In this document: piece by piece, positions 27,957 to 41,373 of the stretch | Numbering within the stretch: position 1 is the stretch's first letter | How the letters are laid out: each line of letters begins with the position of its first letter | NCBI GenBank assembly: GCA_951406725.2 | Contig: OX597823.1 | Coordinates: 1,798,001-1,862,000, forward strand | DNA length: 64,000 bases | Source: Octopus vulgaris | Lineage: Eukaryota | Reading direction: 5' to 3' | Made by a program: the position numbers and the translations under genes | Notes under the pieces: model-generated | Database searches by the model: none | What the model saw: the letters and a program-made list of their open reading frames with translations, nothing else | Told to the model about the DNA's origin: nothing

Positions 27957-30668
27957 TATGTTTGACTTTTGCTTTATATTTGTACAAGTTGGCTCCAAGT
28001 CTCACCCAGAGACCTCAAGAGACAACAGGGTTGGAAGTTCATGTTGTTGTTATGCCTAGTGTGCCATATATTTCGGGGGTGGGGATGTTGTACTAATGAA
28101 TGTCTAAAAAGAAAAAAAAGGTTTTTTTTTTTTTTTTTTTTTTTAAACCGAAAATTATGTTTGTTTTAAACCTTGAGATTACATAGAGAGTATTTTGCGT
28201 AGGATATGAGCAGTTCCCATGAGCACTATCTTTTGAACTTCTGCCATTTTTGGGTTTCCTGGTATCTGAGTTAGGTAGCTATCAGCCCCTTTTGCTATCA
28301 TTCCCAGGGCACCTATGACAACAGGTATTGTTTTAGTCTTCAGCTTCCACATTTTGCTGATTTCTATTTCAAGATCTTTATATTTGCTCAGTTTTTGGTA
28401 GGTCTTGACAGATACGTTTATATCGATTGGGACAGTCATATCAATGAGGAGGCATGTTCTTTGTTTGAAGTTTTTCAATATGATGTCTGGCCTATTTGCA
28501 TCTATCTTCCTGTCAGTTTGAATGGCGAAGTTCCAGAGGAGTGAGATGTGGTCATTTTCAAGCACTGGGGGTGGTTTGTGTTCCCACCAGTTTTTTTCAT
28601 GGGGCAAATCCAGGTTTTTACAGATTACCCAGTGAATATATTGTGCAGCTCTATCGTGCCTGTTGAGATACTCTGTAGGCGCTAGAAGACTGCACTTGGA
28701 GACCACATGGTCAATGGTTTCATTTTGTTGCTTGCATACACGACACGTTGGACTGCTTCTGATCTTTAATATGTTGGCCTGGTAGTTTCTTGTTGGTAGG
28801 CATTGATCTTGAGCTGCTATGATAAACCCCTCTGTTTCAGATTTTAAGCCAGAGGCCATTAGCCATTGATGGGTCAGGGCTTTGTCGATATCTGCATTAT
28901 TCGCTCTCTTTGGGTATTTGCCATAGAGAGGTTTTTCTTGCCATTTATTATTCAGAATATCTAAGGCCGCAGTTTTGGCACGGGTTTTCATGCGCCTAGC
29001 TTTTTCTGTGCTTGTTTCTTGTATATCTATCTCTAATTCCGAAATTGGTTGTATTCGGAATTCACTTAGATATTCCTTTGCCTGTTTTGTGACTGAGTAT
29101 GATGCTTTCTTGTTTTCATGTTTTGAGACAAGTTTTAGCATCCAGTCCTCAGAGTTTTTCAGGTAGGTGTCTAGGCCAATTGTAGCAATCTTCATTGTTA
29201 TTGCCAGTTGCAAAAGACCACGGCCTCCCTCTTTTCTTGGCAGATAGAGTCGTTCTGTATCTGCCTTAGGGTGGTGCATTCTATGCATTGTCAACAGTTT
29301 CCTTATTTTTCTGTCGAGCTGACATATTTCAGTAATTGACCAGTTAACAATATTGAAACTGTAAGTCACGACTGGTATAGCTAATGCATTGATTGCTTCA
29401 ATCCTGTTTCTTGCATTCAGCTCTGTCTTGAGTATTGCTCTCACTCTTCGATAGCATTCTCTCCTGATCCTTTCCTTCATCTCTGAATGCCTTATTCCGT
29501 TCCCTTCAATTATCCCTAGGTACTTGTAGCTCTCCGCTGGGTCTAGTTCTTTTATGACATTCTGTTGGTCAAGGTTAACGTTAGATGTTTCTGTCATTTT
29601 TCCTTTGATAAAGGTAGCCTTTGCACATTTATCGAGGCCGAATTGCATTCTGATGTCGTCACTGAATTGTTTGACTATCGCTAGTAAGCCCTTGAGTTGT
29701 TGATCATTTTTTGCAAAAAGCTTTAAATCATCCATGTAAACGAGATGATTTATATTTTTATCAAACATTTTATACCCGTACTGCGCGTCATTGAGCAGCT
29801 TTGAGAGAGGTATTAAGGATAAACAAAAGAGGAGTGGTGACAGTGAGTCACCCTGGAAAATGCCACACGAAATTTTTACATCACCAGCATTTAGGGATTC
29901 ACTGTCACTGTTCAGAGTTAGTGTGGTTCTCCATGATCTCATACTTACAGTCAAGAAGTTTCGCAGAGTTGGTGCTATCTTATACATTTCAAGGCATTTC
30001 CTAATCCAGCTATGTGGTAGGCTATCAAAAGCCTTTTTATAGTCTATCCAGGCTATTGATAAATTTTTGTGTCGTTTGTGACAATCTTCTAAGATCATCT
30101 TATTGATGAGTAGTTGGTCTTTACAGCCGTAGGATCCACGTTTACATCCTTTCTGTTCATTAGGGAATATGCTGCTGTCTGTTAAAAAAAAAACTATAGG
30201 TATATTCCGTCAGGACAGATGTTAGTGTTTTGTACATAGTTGTTAAGCAAGTTATGGGTCTATAGTTTTTTGGTTCATTTGTTTCTTCACTTTTTGGAAG
30301 CAGGAATGTTAACCCATTAACTAGCCAAGGAGGCATCCTACTAGGGTGTTGCAAAACATCATTGTACAGTTCTGTTAGCAGTTCATGGCTCTCTGGGAAG
30401 GCATTCAGCCAGAAGTTAGGAATTTTATCCTTTCCTGGAGACTTCCATTTGCTTGACCTCCTGAGAGCAGATCTTATATCTTCTACCTTGACACCCTCCC
30501 ACTTTTGCTCTTCTAAGGGGTCCAGTTCTGTAGATATTCTGTCAATCCAGGGGGCCTTTTCGTTGTGTGTTTCTTCTGCCCAGATTTTATTCCAAAATCT
30601 CTGCACTTCTTCTTTTGATGGTACAGACCCTGCAGTAAACGCTGTTTTTCCCATCTTCCTGTAAAAAA
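27956..30668 (-). mobile_element. young 5'-truncated R4/Dong-type RLE LINE
   Basis: RT plus RLE coding region with one frameshift at the A-run near 30184-30193; (TTA)n tracts on both sides. Confidence 0.95.
28179..30098 (-). CDS. reverse transcriptase plus restriction-like endonuclease (639-aa open segment of the LINE ORF)
   Basis: AWIDYKKAFDS, GIFQGDSLSPLLF, YMDDLKL, YKYLG, CRVC..ETIDHVVSKC zinc knuckle, RHD, RPDI..D, KLSKY, VVIGALG. Confidence 0.95.
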   Translation of the reverse strand: MILEDCHKRHKNLSIAWIDYKKAFDSLPHSWIRKCLEMYKIAPTLRNFLTVSMRSWRTTLTLNSDSESLNAGDVKISCGIFQGDSLSPLLFCLSLIPLSKLLNDAQYGYKMFDKNINHLVYMDDLKLFAKNDQQLKGLLAIVKQFSDDIRMQFGLDKCAKATFIKGKMTETSNVNLDQQNVIKELDPAESYKYLGIIEGNGIRHSEMKERIRRECYRRVRAILKTELNARNRIEAINALAIPVVTYSFNIVNWSITEICQLDRKIRKLLTMHRMHHPKADTERLYLPRKEGGRGLLQLAITMKIATIGLDTYLKNSEDWMLKLVSKHENKKASYSVTKQAKEYLSEFRIQPISELEIDIQETSTEKARRMKTRAKTAALDILNNKWQEKPLYGKYPKRANNADIDKALTHQWLMASGLKSETEGFIIAAQDQCLPTRNYQANILKIRSSPTCRVCKQQNETIDHVVSKCSLLAPTEYLNRHDRAAQYIHWVICKNLDLPHEKNWWEHKPPPVLENDHISLLWNFAIQTDRKIDANRPDIILKNFKQRTCLLIDMTVPIDINVSVKTYQKLSKYKDLEIEISKMWKLKTKTIPVVIGALGMIAKGADSYLTQIPGNPKMAEVQKIVLMGTAHILRKILSM

Positions 30669-30712
<44 letters not shown>

Positions 30713-31744
30713 CATTATTATTATTATTATTTATCCCACGTTGTGATAACAACAAACAAGATGAGGACACAACCGTCTAATGTAAATAATGTGCAGAATT
30801 CCTCATCTCTAAAAAAAAATTTTTATATTGAACAAACTCAGAAGCGCCGAGTTCGCATTTTACAGAAAATAGAGGAAATCTCCAACGCAGGAGAGCTGTG
30901 TGATTCTCTGTAGTGAATCACTTTTTCCGTCTTCTACGGATATTTACTCGATTTTCTAAGTTGTTTCCATGGCTCTCATGAGTTCGAGATTTTCTTTATC
31001 TTCTGTAAAATATCATCATTATGTTTTTTCGTGGTTTTATACGATTTCTTTCACCGACCTGTAAATAACAACTTTGTGTGTTTCTAGATAAGAGCTGTAT
31101 CGTCATGGAAAGGGGGTGTATAAAATTATATACACACACCTCATGTATGTTTATATTGCGGGGTTTGTTTGTTTAGACGTATTGGTTTTAGGGTTGTTTT
31201 TGTTTGTTGTTAATTGTTTCATCGAATCGGGAAGCGACAGAGTTGAACTGATTCGTGGGAGTTCCGTTATTGAATCGAAAATGGCTGCCGTACAATGTGT
31301 AGTTTGTAGATGGTCGGGCTCTGAGGGAACAGATTGTGTGTGAAGCTGTTATTACGGTCGTTGTTGTTGTTGTTTTGTAATTTGTAAACAAACTAAAATT
31401 AATAACATTGTGCTTTTCAGCAGGCAAAAGTAATTTTCAATAAATGATTCTGAATTTTGTTTTGTTTTGTTGTTGTTTTTTGTCGTTTTTTGTTTTGTGG
31501 TGGGGGGATCGCTTTTTTTTTCGAAATATCGAAATTAAAATGAAACTCTATTGAAATTGAAACCAGTTGTCTGACCTCTGAATCACAAACATCTTGATAG
31601 CAATTTTATTTTTGATTGATTTTATACGACACTGCACCTTCCTCTTCTTCCTCCTCTTCCTCTTCTAAAAACCTAAACGTAAAAAGACATCAAGTCCAAT
31701 CAGTTATGAGGTATCGTCTCACAGTTTAATTAACGCCACAGCTA

Positions 31745-31830
31745 AGTCACCACGTGATACAAAAATAGGTTAACACGTGACTGAATTTGTAAACTAGCAT
31801 TTGATTGGCAGACAAAACAGGAAGTGGGTG
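31745..31830. promoter_or_regulatory. promoter/enhancer-like motif cluster
   Basis: Two CACGTG E-boxes (31751, 31774), inverted CCAAT (GATTGGC, 31803) and ETS CAGGAAGTG (31818) in non-repetitive DNA. Confidence 0.35.
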
Positions 31831-32095
31831 GGAAGGTTTAGTGGAAAGTTGATTTGGCGAAATATTGTGACAGGACCGACAACCATGCAGACGTCTAACT
31901 TCCACATTACCGCAACATGAAACACAAAGAGATTCTAAAATTCTCCATTGTGTTTCTGGCGTCTGTAATAATAATGTGACGTTGTCTACATATATAGCAT
32001 CATTTCGCTTGAATCACTTACTTTCTTACGTCAGTAACAATATGGTGACGTTTTCTACACATATATACTACGTCATCTCATTATAACGTGTTACT

Positions 32096-32446
32096 TAGTT
32101 AGTTAGTTAGTTAATTTGGCTCAAAAGCAAATAGCAAGGCCATGTAGGGGGACATGGAGTTAAGTACAGGGTGGTGTTCATGTAAAGAGTTCCAGGCCAC
32201 TTGAGGTCCAGGGAGGCTTTGAACAAAGCGGTCGTCGGCATCTTCACCATCTTGTCTGGCAGCTTGTTCCCACGGATCCGCAACCGGACGGAGAAAGCTC
32301 CTCTCCTTCGATTTAGATGAAATCTCGTCGCAGGTAGAGCTTTTCGGAATGACCCCGCAGCCGACGCTCCGGAGCAGGGAGTGAAGAACAGCTCTTTCGA
32401 GAGGTTACACTTCCCGCTTATGATGTTGTGGGCGAGAATGAGATCA
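32096..32446 (-). mobile_element. CR1-group LINE 3' end with (TAAC)n tail
   Basis: Near-identical to 1-95; RRGAFSVR and FKASLD motifs; TTAGTTAG tail; 5-bp TTACT duplication. Confidence 0.88.
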
Positions 32447-32457
32447 TTACTCTCTAG

Positions 32458-32688
32458 AAGGCGGCGAGCTGGCAGAAACGTTAGCACGCCGAGCGAAATG
32501 CTTAGCCGTATTTCGTCTGCCGTTACGTTCTGAGTTCAAATTCCGCCGAGGTCGACTTTGCCTTTCATCCTTTCGGGGTCGATAAATTAAGTACCAGTTA
32601 CGCACTGGGGTCGATGTAATCGACTTAATCCCTTTGTCTGTCCTTGTTTGTCCCCTTTATGTTTAGCCCCTTGTGGGCAATAAAGAAG
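32458..32688 (+). mobile_element. full-length tRNA-derived SINE family A (Meta-domain-like centre)
   Basis: GGCGGCGAGCTGGCAGAA head, B-box GAGTTCAAATTCC, GCCTTTCATCCTTTCGGGGTCGATAAA centre; other copies at 56405-56797 and degenerate ones near 1900, 11200, 24630, 25860. Confidence 0.9.
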
Positions 32689-33417
32689 CGTATAACGTGT
32701 TACTCTCTTACGTCAGTAATAACAGTATGACATTTTCTGCAAATATATATATACTACATCACACCTTAATAATGTTCTACTCTGTTACGCCACAAACGAT
32801 AATGTTCCGTCTTCTAAAAACTATAGAAATCATTTTACCATAAGTTGTTGTCTGATATTAAAGATTTACACGTGAGTTCATTGGGTCGATGCTGTGGCTC
32901 CACTCCGTCGCAACGTCGAGTTTCTTGCGAGAGCAGTGATGCTGAACCGGGGTTCATTTGACCCTTGGAGATCCATATAAGATTTTGTTGTTAAAATTTA
33001 TGTGCTAAAGGTTCATTCAGGTAACTAATTCAATCTGTAATCACTCTGCTGTTACATGTTCCAATTCTGGTTCCGCTGGTCATTAACATGTTCAGTCTAT
33101 AACGGGTACGTTCTTTTTACCGCTGTTATACATTTTTGCGGGTGGCATTTCTGGTTACCCGAAGAGCCAACAGTAGGTTCAACCAGTTTACTATTCGAAA
33201 TTCATTGGTAGAGGAAAGTGTTTGAATAACTTAGGAGCTTTGCGTTTGTAGCATAAATACAGCTCAGGGATTATAAATTAAATATGGCTCCTCTGTGCCA
33301 ATAGATTTTTGGTTGTCATTGCGAATCTTTAACCGCAACCAAAATCTATAAACAATTGAACTGGAATTGAATTTCTGGGACACGGCTCGGAATTCTTTGC
33401 ATAGAACATTTCAAGCA

Positions 33418-33800
33418 TGGCTGTATGATAAGAAGTTTGCTTCTCAACTATATGGTTCCGGGTTCAATCCCACTGCGTGGCACCTTGAGCAGGTGTCTTC
33501 TATTATAGCCTAGGGTCAACCACAGCTTTCTAGAGGGATTTGGTAGACGGAAACTAAAAGAAACACGTCGTGTGTGTGTATGTGTGTGTAACTGTGTTTA
33601 TCCCCATCACCGCTTAACAACCGGTGTTGTTGTGTTTACGTCCCCGTAACTTAGAAACTTAGCAAAAGATACAGATAGAATAAGTAGTAGGCTTTAAGAA
33701 AAAGCACTGGAGTGGATTAATTCAGCTAAGAATTCTTCAAGGCGGTGCCATAGTCTAACGACTCAAACAAGTAAAAGATGAAAGACAAAAGATAAGAGAA
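33418..33800 (+). mobile_element. tRNA-derived SINE family B (CORE-like centre)
   Basis: TGGCTGTATGATAAG A-box, GGTTCAATCCC B-box, GGCACCTTGAGCAGGTG; copies near 39700, 43810, 48960, 51660. Confidence 0.8.
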
Positions 33801-34820
33801 TAGTATGCAAAACGGGTGTAGAATCGGCAGATTGCACAGTAAAAAGCTACATCGGCATAATTGAGGATACCTTCAAAGCTATTTGCATTCATAAAGCAGT
33901 CTTTCGTTTACATCCAGAAATAAGTGAAATGTCACAACTCTTTCGAAATACTTTTGGTTCGAGAAAGCAATCTCGTGGATTGACATACCTACATCAGCTG
34001 CAGTATCTTGTAACTTAGTGGTTCGACAAATAGATTACGACAGTTTACTTACGAAACTGAAATGAGGTATGAAATAAGCTGTGAAATAAGAATCGTAAAA
34101 CATTTTAATGTTGAGCCCCCAGCATTGCCGCAGTCCAATGACAGAAACCATTAAAGAAATACAAGAATCTAAGACAAGATTATTCAATGTGGCCTTTGGG
34201 GGGACGAAAAGTTGTAATTTAAGAGCAATTTGGTTGCTATTTTTTGCATGTCGAGTGACCATATAGTGGACTGTTCGTTCATGCCGAGGGTTTTATCAGT
34301 GGGGAAATTAGTTAAGCAGGCATGAGTCTGTGTGTAGAGTCATGCACACGCACACACACGCACACACACGCACGCACGTATAAATATATACACGCTCATA
34401 CATATATATACACACACACATACAGTAACACAGACATACATACACACACTGACAATCTATGTGATCACATACACATATGTATGCACATATACAAACATAC
34501 GTATACATACACAAACACTCGCGCTCACACACGCACACATCTGCAGGTGCATATATACACGTACATATACACTCACTGTCACTACGTCTGCATGCACACA
34601 TACACACACGCGCGCACAAACACACGTACTCGCGCGCACACGCACGTACTCACACACACCTGTTATGACTTTTTATTGAAGTATCTTTGGTTTTTATTTA
34701 TTTTTCATTTCTTTCTCGTCTTCGCCAGGATAAAGAATTGATTTTAGAGCGACATCTTTTCTAATCACGTTATTTTTAACGACACCACCACAATGATGAC
34801 GATGACGACGACGATGACGC

Positions 34821-34871
<51 letters not shown>

Positions 34872-34962
34872 CAAGAGGAGAATGCGGGAACGAAATTACG
34901 AAGAAGTATAGAAGAAAGGAGAAGGAATGAACGAAAGAAAAGGAAAAGAGACAGACAGACAG

Positions 34963-35039
<77 letters not shown>

Positions 35040-35395
35040 CATGATTGTTTAAATCGATACATAAAAAGAAGCAATGGTAGCGAAATAAAGAATACGGGAA
35101 GAAGCGAAAATCGACAACAAATGCGTTCCACATGGTCGCTTCAGTCTTTTTTTTTTGGCATGGTGACGAGAGGAATGAAAGCATATTTAAATAAATATAT
35201 AAATAAGGGGGTGGGGGTGGAAGAAAGGAAAAAGGAAAAGAAAGAAGGGATGGAAAGGAGCTAAGAAAGAGAAGTGGTTGACATATGAAAAGGGAAGTTT
35301 AGGTCTGACAAGTGGCACGCATTGTAGACCTATAACTGAGGTTCGGGTGGGAAAGAAAGAATACGGGTGTCAGAGCCATGTCATGAGAAACCACT

Positions 35396-35465
<70 letters not shown>

Positions 35466-35474
35466 CTTCGCTCT

Positions 35475-35509
<35 letters not shown>

Positions 35510-37649
35510 GTAGCTGAACTAAAAGCATCATAATAAACATGGTTTAAATATTCGCAAACCTGACAAATTTATGGTTACATGCGTATATTTATGTGTTTCG
35601 CTTTCTTTTACTCGTTCTTCTTATTCTACCTCTCCCCTTCCCTTTCCCTCTCTCTATCTATTTATCTATTTATTTATCTCTCTCTCTCTCTCCCTCTCTC
35701 TCTCTCTCTGTCTCCTTCTCAGCTGCAAAATACACAGCCAGACGACACACCGGTTTCGTGTCGTCTGCCATTTGCAAGCCTTCTCAATAATCTGCCATCG
35801 TGACAACAAACATATCGACACAAAGCAAAATAACTGACGTCTTTTGAACGCAACCTTCACCCCCACTCCTCCCACCTCCACCACCACCGCCATAAAAGAA
35901 AAACTAAAACCTCAACAGTTCTGCTTATTGCTAAATTTTCTTTATACATATATACACACACATAAATGCATAGACACATACATAGATCGACGCATATATA
36001 TTTATACACACACACACACACACACACACACTGTATATATTTGTATCTTTTATCAATAACATGTTTCAGTCATTAGACTGCGACCATACGCGTTTGCTTT
36101 TTTTAAAGTCGATCTTTTTAGTTACGAGGGAGTAAACAAACCAACACCGGCTGTCAAGCGCTAGTGGAGGACAAACACGCGCATATGTATGTATTATGTA
36201 TATATATACATATATGTGTGAGTGTGCGTGCACGCACGCGTGCGTGTGTTTCCAAGAGAATAAGATGTGATTTTATGGAGATTTAGCTGCTGTTTCTAAC
36301 AGGTTGAACGATCGCGTTAAAGTTCCTTGGCTGACTCGAACCCAGCCTCTTCCATACTCTGATTGGTTGACTTTGTAACCGTTCCACTTCCTTCCTCCTG
36401 TGTAGAAGAATGACACGGTCTACCGATCAGAGTCTCACGGGACCTTTGTACTTCTAACAGCATTTGGAAAGTAAGGCGGCAACAATGAAAAAAAAACCTC
36501 CTCTCCATTGAATTAAGTCTTAAAGTTATAAAGCTATTTTAGATCTAATTAGTCGAGGTCATAACAATTTTATGACGTCGTTGGCTTATGACTTCGCTGA
36601 CAGAATGACTATATAAATTTGTTTGAGATGCAATCTTATTTAATACAAATTGTAGTTCTCTACCTAAAGTTAATCCAGGTAAATTCTCAACTATTCCGTT
36701 GATAACCTCCAGAGTTTGTTGTAAGCGATTTCGATGGAGTTAGCTGCTGCCTGTCTCTATATTCCTGCAAGAATTAGCATTTATGACTTGAAAACAAACA
36801 GATCAGTCAGTAAAACTGTCGTTAGTTCCAACTGGGAAAGATTTTAATTGATCAATTTTCTACTCAGAGAAATAGAATACGCCTGTCCATGATGCAGCAG
36901 CTGACGGCAATTTTCGAATTTATTCAGACATGAAACAAACCAGATACACTTTTGACATCTTTCCTTGTGCATTCGGAATTCTTCACCTTTCAGAGTTTCT
37001 TCTTATTATTGTCATCTTGGAGCATCGTTAGCTTCGAGGATTCGCCGATTCTTGCACATTTCACCGACACCATTATTTTTTTAGTGATCCGCTGAGTGAG
37101 ATAGATTAAATAATGGAACTAATGGTTTCCAACCTCTAAATCTCCGGAAAAAAATCCCTCAGATATATATACACACATACATACATACATACATACACAC
37201 ATACATACATACATACATACATACATACATACATACATACATACATACATACATACATACATACATACATTATGGCTGCCCCCTCGTTATCGAGTATGGC
37301 CATTGCACGAAGCTTAACTGTTACTGGTGCTGTGATCGAATGTGACTTTTTAGCCCAGCTAAAGATCTAATGTCTTGTACAGAATTGGCAACAAAAATAC
37401 ATACATACATACATACATACATACATACATACATACATACATACATACATACATACATACATACATACATACATACATACATACATACATACATACATAC
37501 ATACATACATACATACATACATTCATCTACCTGTACGGGCGGAGGTTCTACAATGTGGATGAAGTCGAAAACAGGTGGAGGGTTTGTTTGTTTTTTTTTT
37601 ACCTCTAAACCGGCCAAATGGCATAAACGCCGAATTGAATTTCTGGCAC

Positions 37650-39570
37650 AATGGTGGTAATAGACAATAGAATATCATGGGAGATATTTTGATGAATAAA
37701 CGCTTTTTGTATGTAATTTGTTTGTGCCTGACCTGGACAGACTTTAAAAAGGCTTACGACCTGTTGCTGCATTCGTGGATATTGGAAACACTCGACATGT
37801 GTGGAGTAGCTAAGAACGTGTGTGCACTGATTAAGAACAGCATGCCTAGTTGGAAAACGCGTCTTTCCTGTAACAACCAGCACTTAGCCGAGGTAACAAT
37901 CAAAAGAGGTATCTTCCAAGGAGAATCTTGTTCACCTTTTTATTTGTTATATATTTGATTCCGCTTTCTGTAGTCCCACGTAAACATCAACATGCACTAT
38001 GAGCTGAGAAAGAACAGACCTCGTCTCAATCACCTTCTCTTCATCGTTGATTTAAAACTGATCGAAAAAACAGAGCCTGAAATGGAGAGGCTGATTGAGA
38101 CTGTGCAAATGTGCAACAAGGATATAAGGATGGAATTCGGTATCTCGAAGTGTACGGTGCTTACTTTGAAGCGGGGGAAAAGAGTAAATTATAGGGGGCT
38201 TAGAATTGCCAAACGGAGAGAGAATGGAAGACCCGGATGATGATGGGTACAAGAACCTCGGGATCATGAAGCTGGACAATATCTTGCACAGAGAAATGAA
38301 AGACAAAGTCATCATTGCATATTTGAAGCGCCTCAAACTTCTCTTGAAATCAAAGCTTCAACTCAAGGAATCTTGTGACTGCCATCAACATATGGGCTGT
38401 TGCTGTAGTCTTCGATAGTGCACCCGTCCTGAGATGGACACGAGCGGAGATTGACCAACTCGATCGTACAACCCAAAAGATAATGGCATTGCATGATGGC
38501 CTCCACCCTACGGCGAACGTACACAGGCTCTACATGAAGAGAGGTAACGGTGGACGTGGGCTAATTAGCGTACGGGAATGCATCAACAGTGAAAGAAGTA
38601 ACATTTGGTAAACAGCAAACAAGACCTGCTACAGTATGCTGCTAATGCAGAAGAATTTACCAAAAATGGAGTTGAGGGTGCTCGTCAATTCCGATTACGA
38701 ACAGCCAACGAGAGAGAGGAAACTCTACACCGCATGGAATTACATGACCAATTCCACCGTGAAACTAACAACTTAAAAGGCCAGGAAGCATCATGGAGGT
38801 GGCTCAGTGAGGGTTACCTATGAAAGAATATTGAAAGCCTAATCATCGTTGCCCAGGATCAGGCATTGAATACTAATTCAGTGAAAACAGATATAAAATA
38901 CACAAGTGCAATGAACCGCTGTTGAATGTGTGGGAAGAGGGTCGAAAGTGTGACTCAAATTGTTAGTGTTTGTGAAAGTCTTATGCAGAAAGAATACAAG
39001 CGTAGACACGCCAAGGTAACCCAAAACCTTCACTGGCTACTATGCTGGAAGTAACGGGTGCTTGGTACCAACATACACCGGAAAAGGTAATGGACGAAAA
39101 GGGGAAGTTAAAAATCCTCTGGGTCTTTGACTTCCAGATAGAGAAGGTGTTGGAGCACCAAAGGCCGGATAAAGTGACCTTTAGGAAGGACAAACAACAG
39201 TGCCCGATAATCGACGTGGCAGTACTAGGAGATCAAAACAAACGTTATCATGAAAGAGAAAGGGTTGATAAATATGGCGACCTGAGAACTGAGATCGCCA
39301 AATTGTGGCAGCTACAAGAGTCGGACGTAAAGGTTGTCTCTGTTGTCATCGGATCATTGGGTTCAATACCACCGACCCTGAAGAGACATCTCGAAACTGT
39401 AGAAGAACCCTACAATCTAGGTGTATTGCAATAATCGGCATTACTTGGAACTGCACGTATATTGCGTAAAGTACCGTGAGTCTGAGGTCCCTCTTGTGAC
39501 TTGACAGACAGTACAAGCCCCTGGTAGACTCAATCAACATCACGATATTGGATGCTGTGTGACGTTTTAA
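37650..39570 (+). mobile_element. degenerate R4/Dong-type RLE LINE
   Basis: WTDFKKAYD, RGIFQGE, NHLLFIVDLKL, LHPTANVHRLY..GGRGL, ILWVF..RPD..IDVA, VIGSLG; (AAT)n at 3' end. Confidence 0.9.
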
Positions 39571-39616
39571 ATAATAATAATAATAATAATGATGATGATG
39601 ATGATGATATGTGCAT

Positions 39617-39695
<79 letters not shown>

Positions 39696-39875
39696 GGTGT
39701 GGCTGTGTGGTGCGAAGTTTGCTTCCCAACCGCATGGTTCCAGGTTCAGTCCCACGGCGTGGGTAGGTGTATTCTACGATATCCTTGGGCTGACAGAAGC
39801 TGTGTGAGTGGATTTAGAAGACGGAAACTATATATATATAGCTAGACAGATTATATATATATATGTGTGTGTGTG

Positions 39876-39930
<55 letters not shown>

Positions 39931-39935
<5 letters not shown>

Positions 39936-40140
39936 ATCCAAACATGAAAACAGAAGGAGAAAACACAACAACGCGAGGACGTGGAACAAGTTTAGTGTTA
40001 TTTGACGCTCAGGAAGGGAAAGAAAGACGGAGGATTTAACGTTTCGAGCGGAGCTCTTCGTTAGAAACATAGGAAAAGGAAAGATCCAAGGAAGGGAAGA
40101 CGAAGGAAAAAAAAATCGCCAACGGTACACACACGGTCAC
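39931..40140 (-). mobile_element. Penelope pLTR-like fragment with minimal hammerhead (40034-40068)
   Basis: Minus strand UUU CUAACGA AGAGC-UCC-GCUC GAAA CG UU AAA; between (TA)n and (CA)n tracts. Confidence 0.6.
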
Positions 40141-40152
40141 ACACACACACAT

Positions 40153-40193
<41 letters not shown>

Positions 40194-40570
40194 CCCACTT
40201 AAAACTGAATGTTGTTACAACACAGAATTCTATGTATATCAGTAGCGGATGGATTACTGCTGACTCCAACATTCGGGCTTCTGCCATTAACAAGGCCAAG
40301 GAAGACCGAGATCACCTGATTTGGTAGTCCTGGCGGCGGCGGCGGTGGTGGTGGATGATAAGCATTAATGATTATATGCACCACAAGTCCATACGTGAGT
40401 TGTCTCTCTTAGTACATAACTCAGCATTCCGTTTTCTAAACAAGACATCCACTTTTTTAAGTAGGGATTAACATTACCTTCTGGTATTTATAATGTTTGT
40501 GTTATTAATTGCGTATGTGTCTGTATAGGTGCGTATCTGTCTCTGTGTGTATGTATGTATGTATGTTAGT

Positions 40571-41074
40571 TTGTCCTTTGACGGGTTTTGTTTTTGATCC
40601 CGCAGGGTGTCCAATAAACACCCTCCTCACCAAGCAAGCTTGGTGGGGTTGTCGGTTTAGTCACCGACGACCCGACCATGCAGAGGAACTCTTGAGAGTC
40701 AACGGCCATCCAATAAATGTCTTAAGGCTGTATCATGCGCGGGGACATAGAAAAAATCGGACAGTATACCTGATCGCGCGGTTAAACCATTGGGAGTGAA
40801 GGACTCCTAGCCTTTGTTAGGGCATCCTTCTAGGATAAGGTAACTCAGATAACTGGGATAACTCCGACATAAAACCTGCGGCTCAGTGGTTACCGATGAT
40901 GTTGACTTGTTCTTCTTTTCGGATTATGGCTGCTGTTGCTTAGTGAGTGGGATTGACTCAGTGCACAGCCTTTCCTCACTTTAAAAGAAAAACTTCTTGC
41001 ACAGGCATTGCATGATAACAACATTGATTAAGCTTCGTGCAATGGCCATACTCGATAACGAGGGGGCAGCCACC
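40571..41074. mobile_element. non-coding 504-bp insertion carrying RTE 5'UTR-like blocks
   Basis: 8-bp TSD ATGTTAGT within (ATGT)n; block shared with the RTE 5'UTR at 16740-16810; right end repeated inverted at 37272-37317. Confidence 0.65.
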
Positions 41075-41325
41075 ATGTTAGTATGTATGTATATGCATAT
41101 ATTCGTTATATGGACAGAAACCGTCTGTCTATCACATTCAATTTAGATACGTCGCGAAAAAGCAAATTTACTGCAATATTTATCTGGAATTTGCTTTTTG
41201 CCATGCATTTACATTAACTATGGAACAGGACACAAATGGATATAAGTGTGTGTGTGTGTATGTGTGTGTGTGTGTGTGTGTGTGTTGAGAGAGAGTGGGA
41301 GACGTCTTATATTCTATTAGTCCCA

Positions 41326-41373
<48 letters not shown>

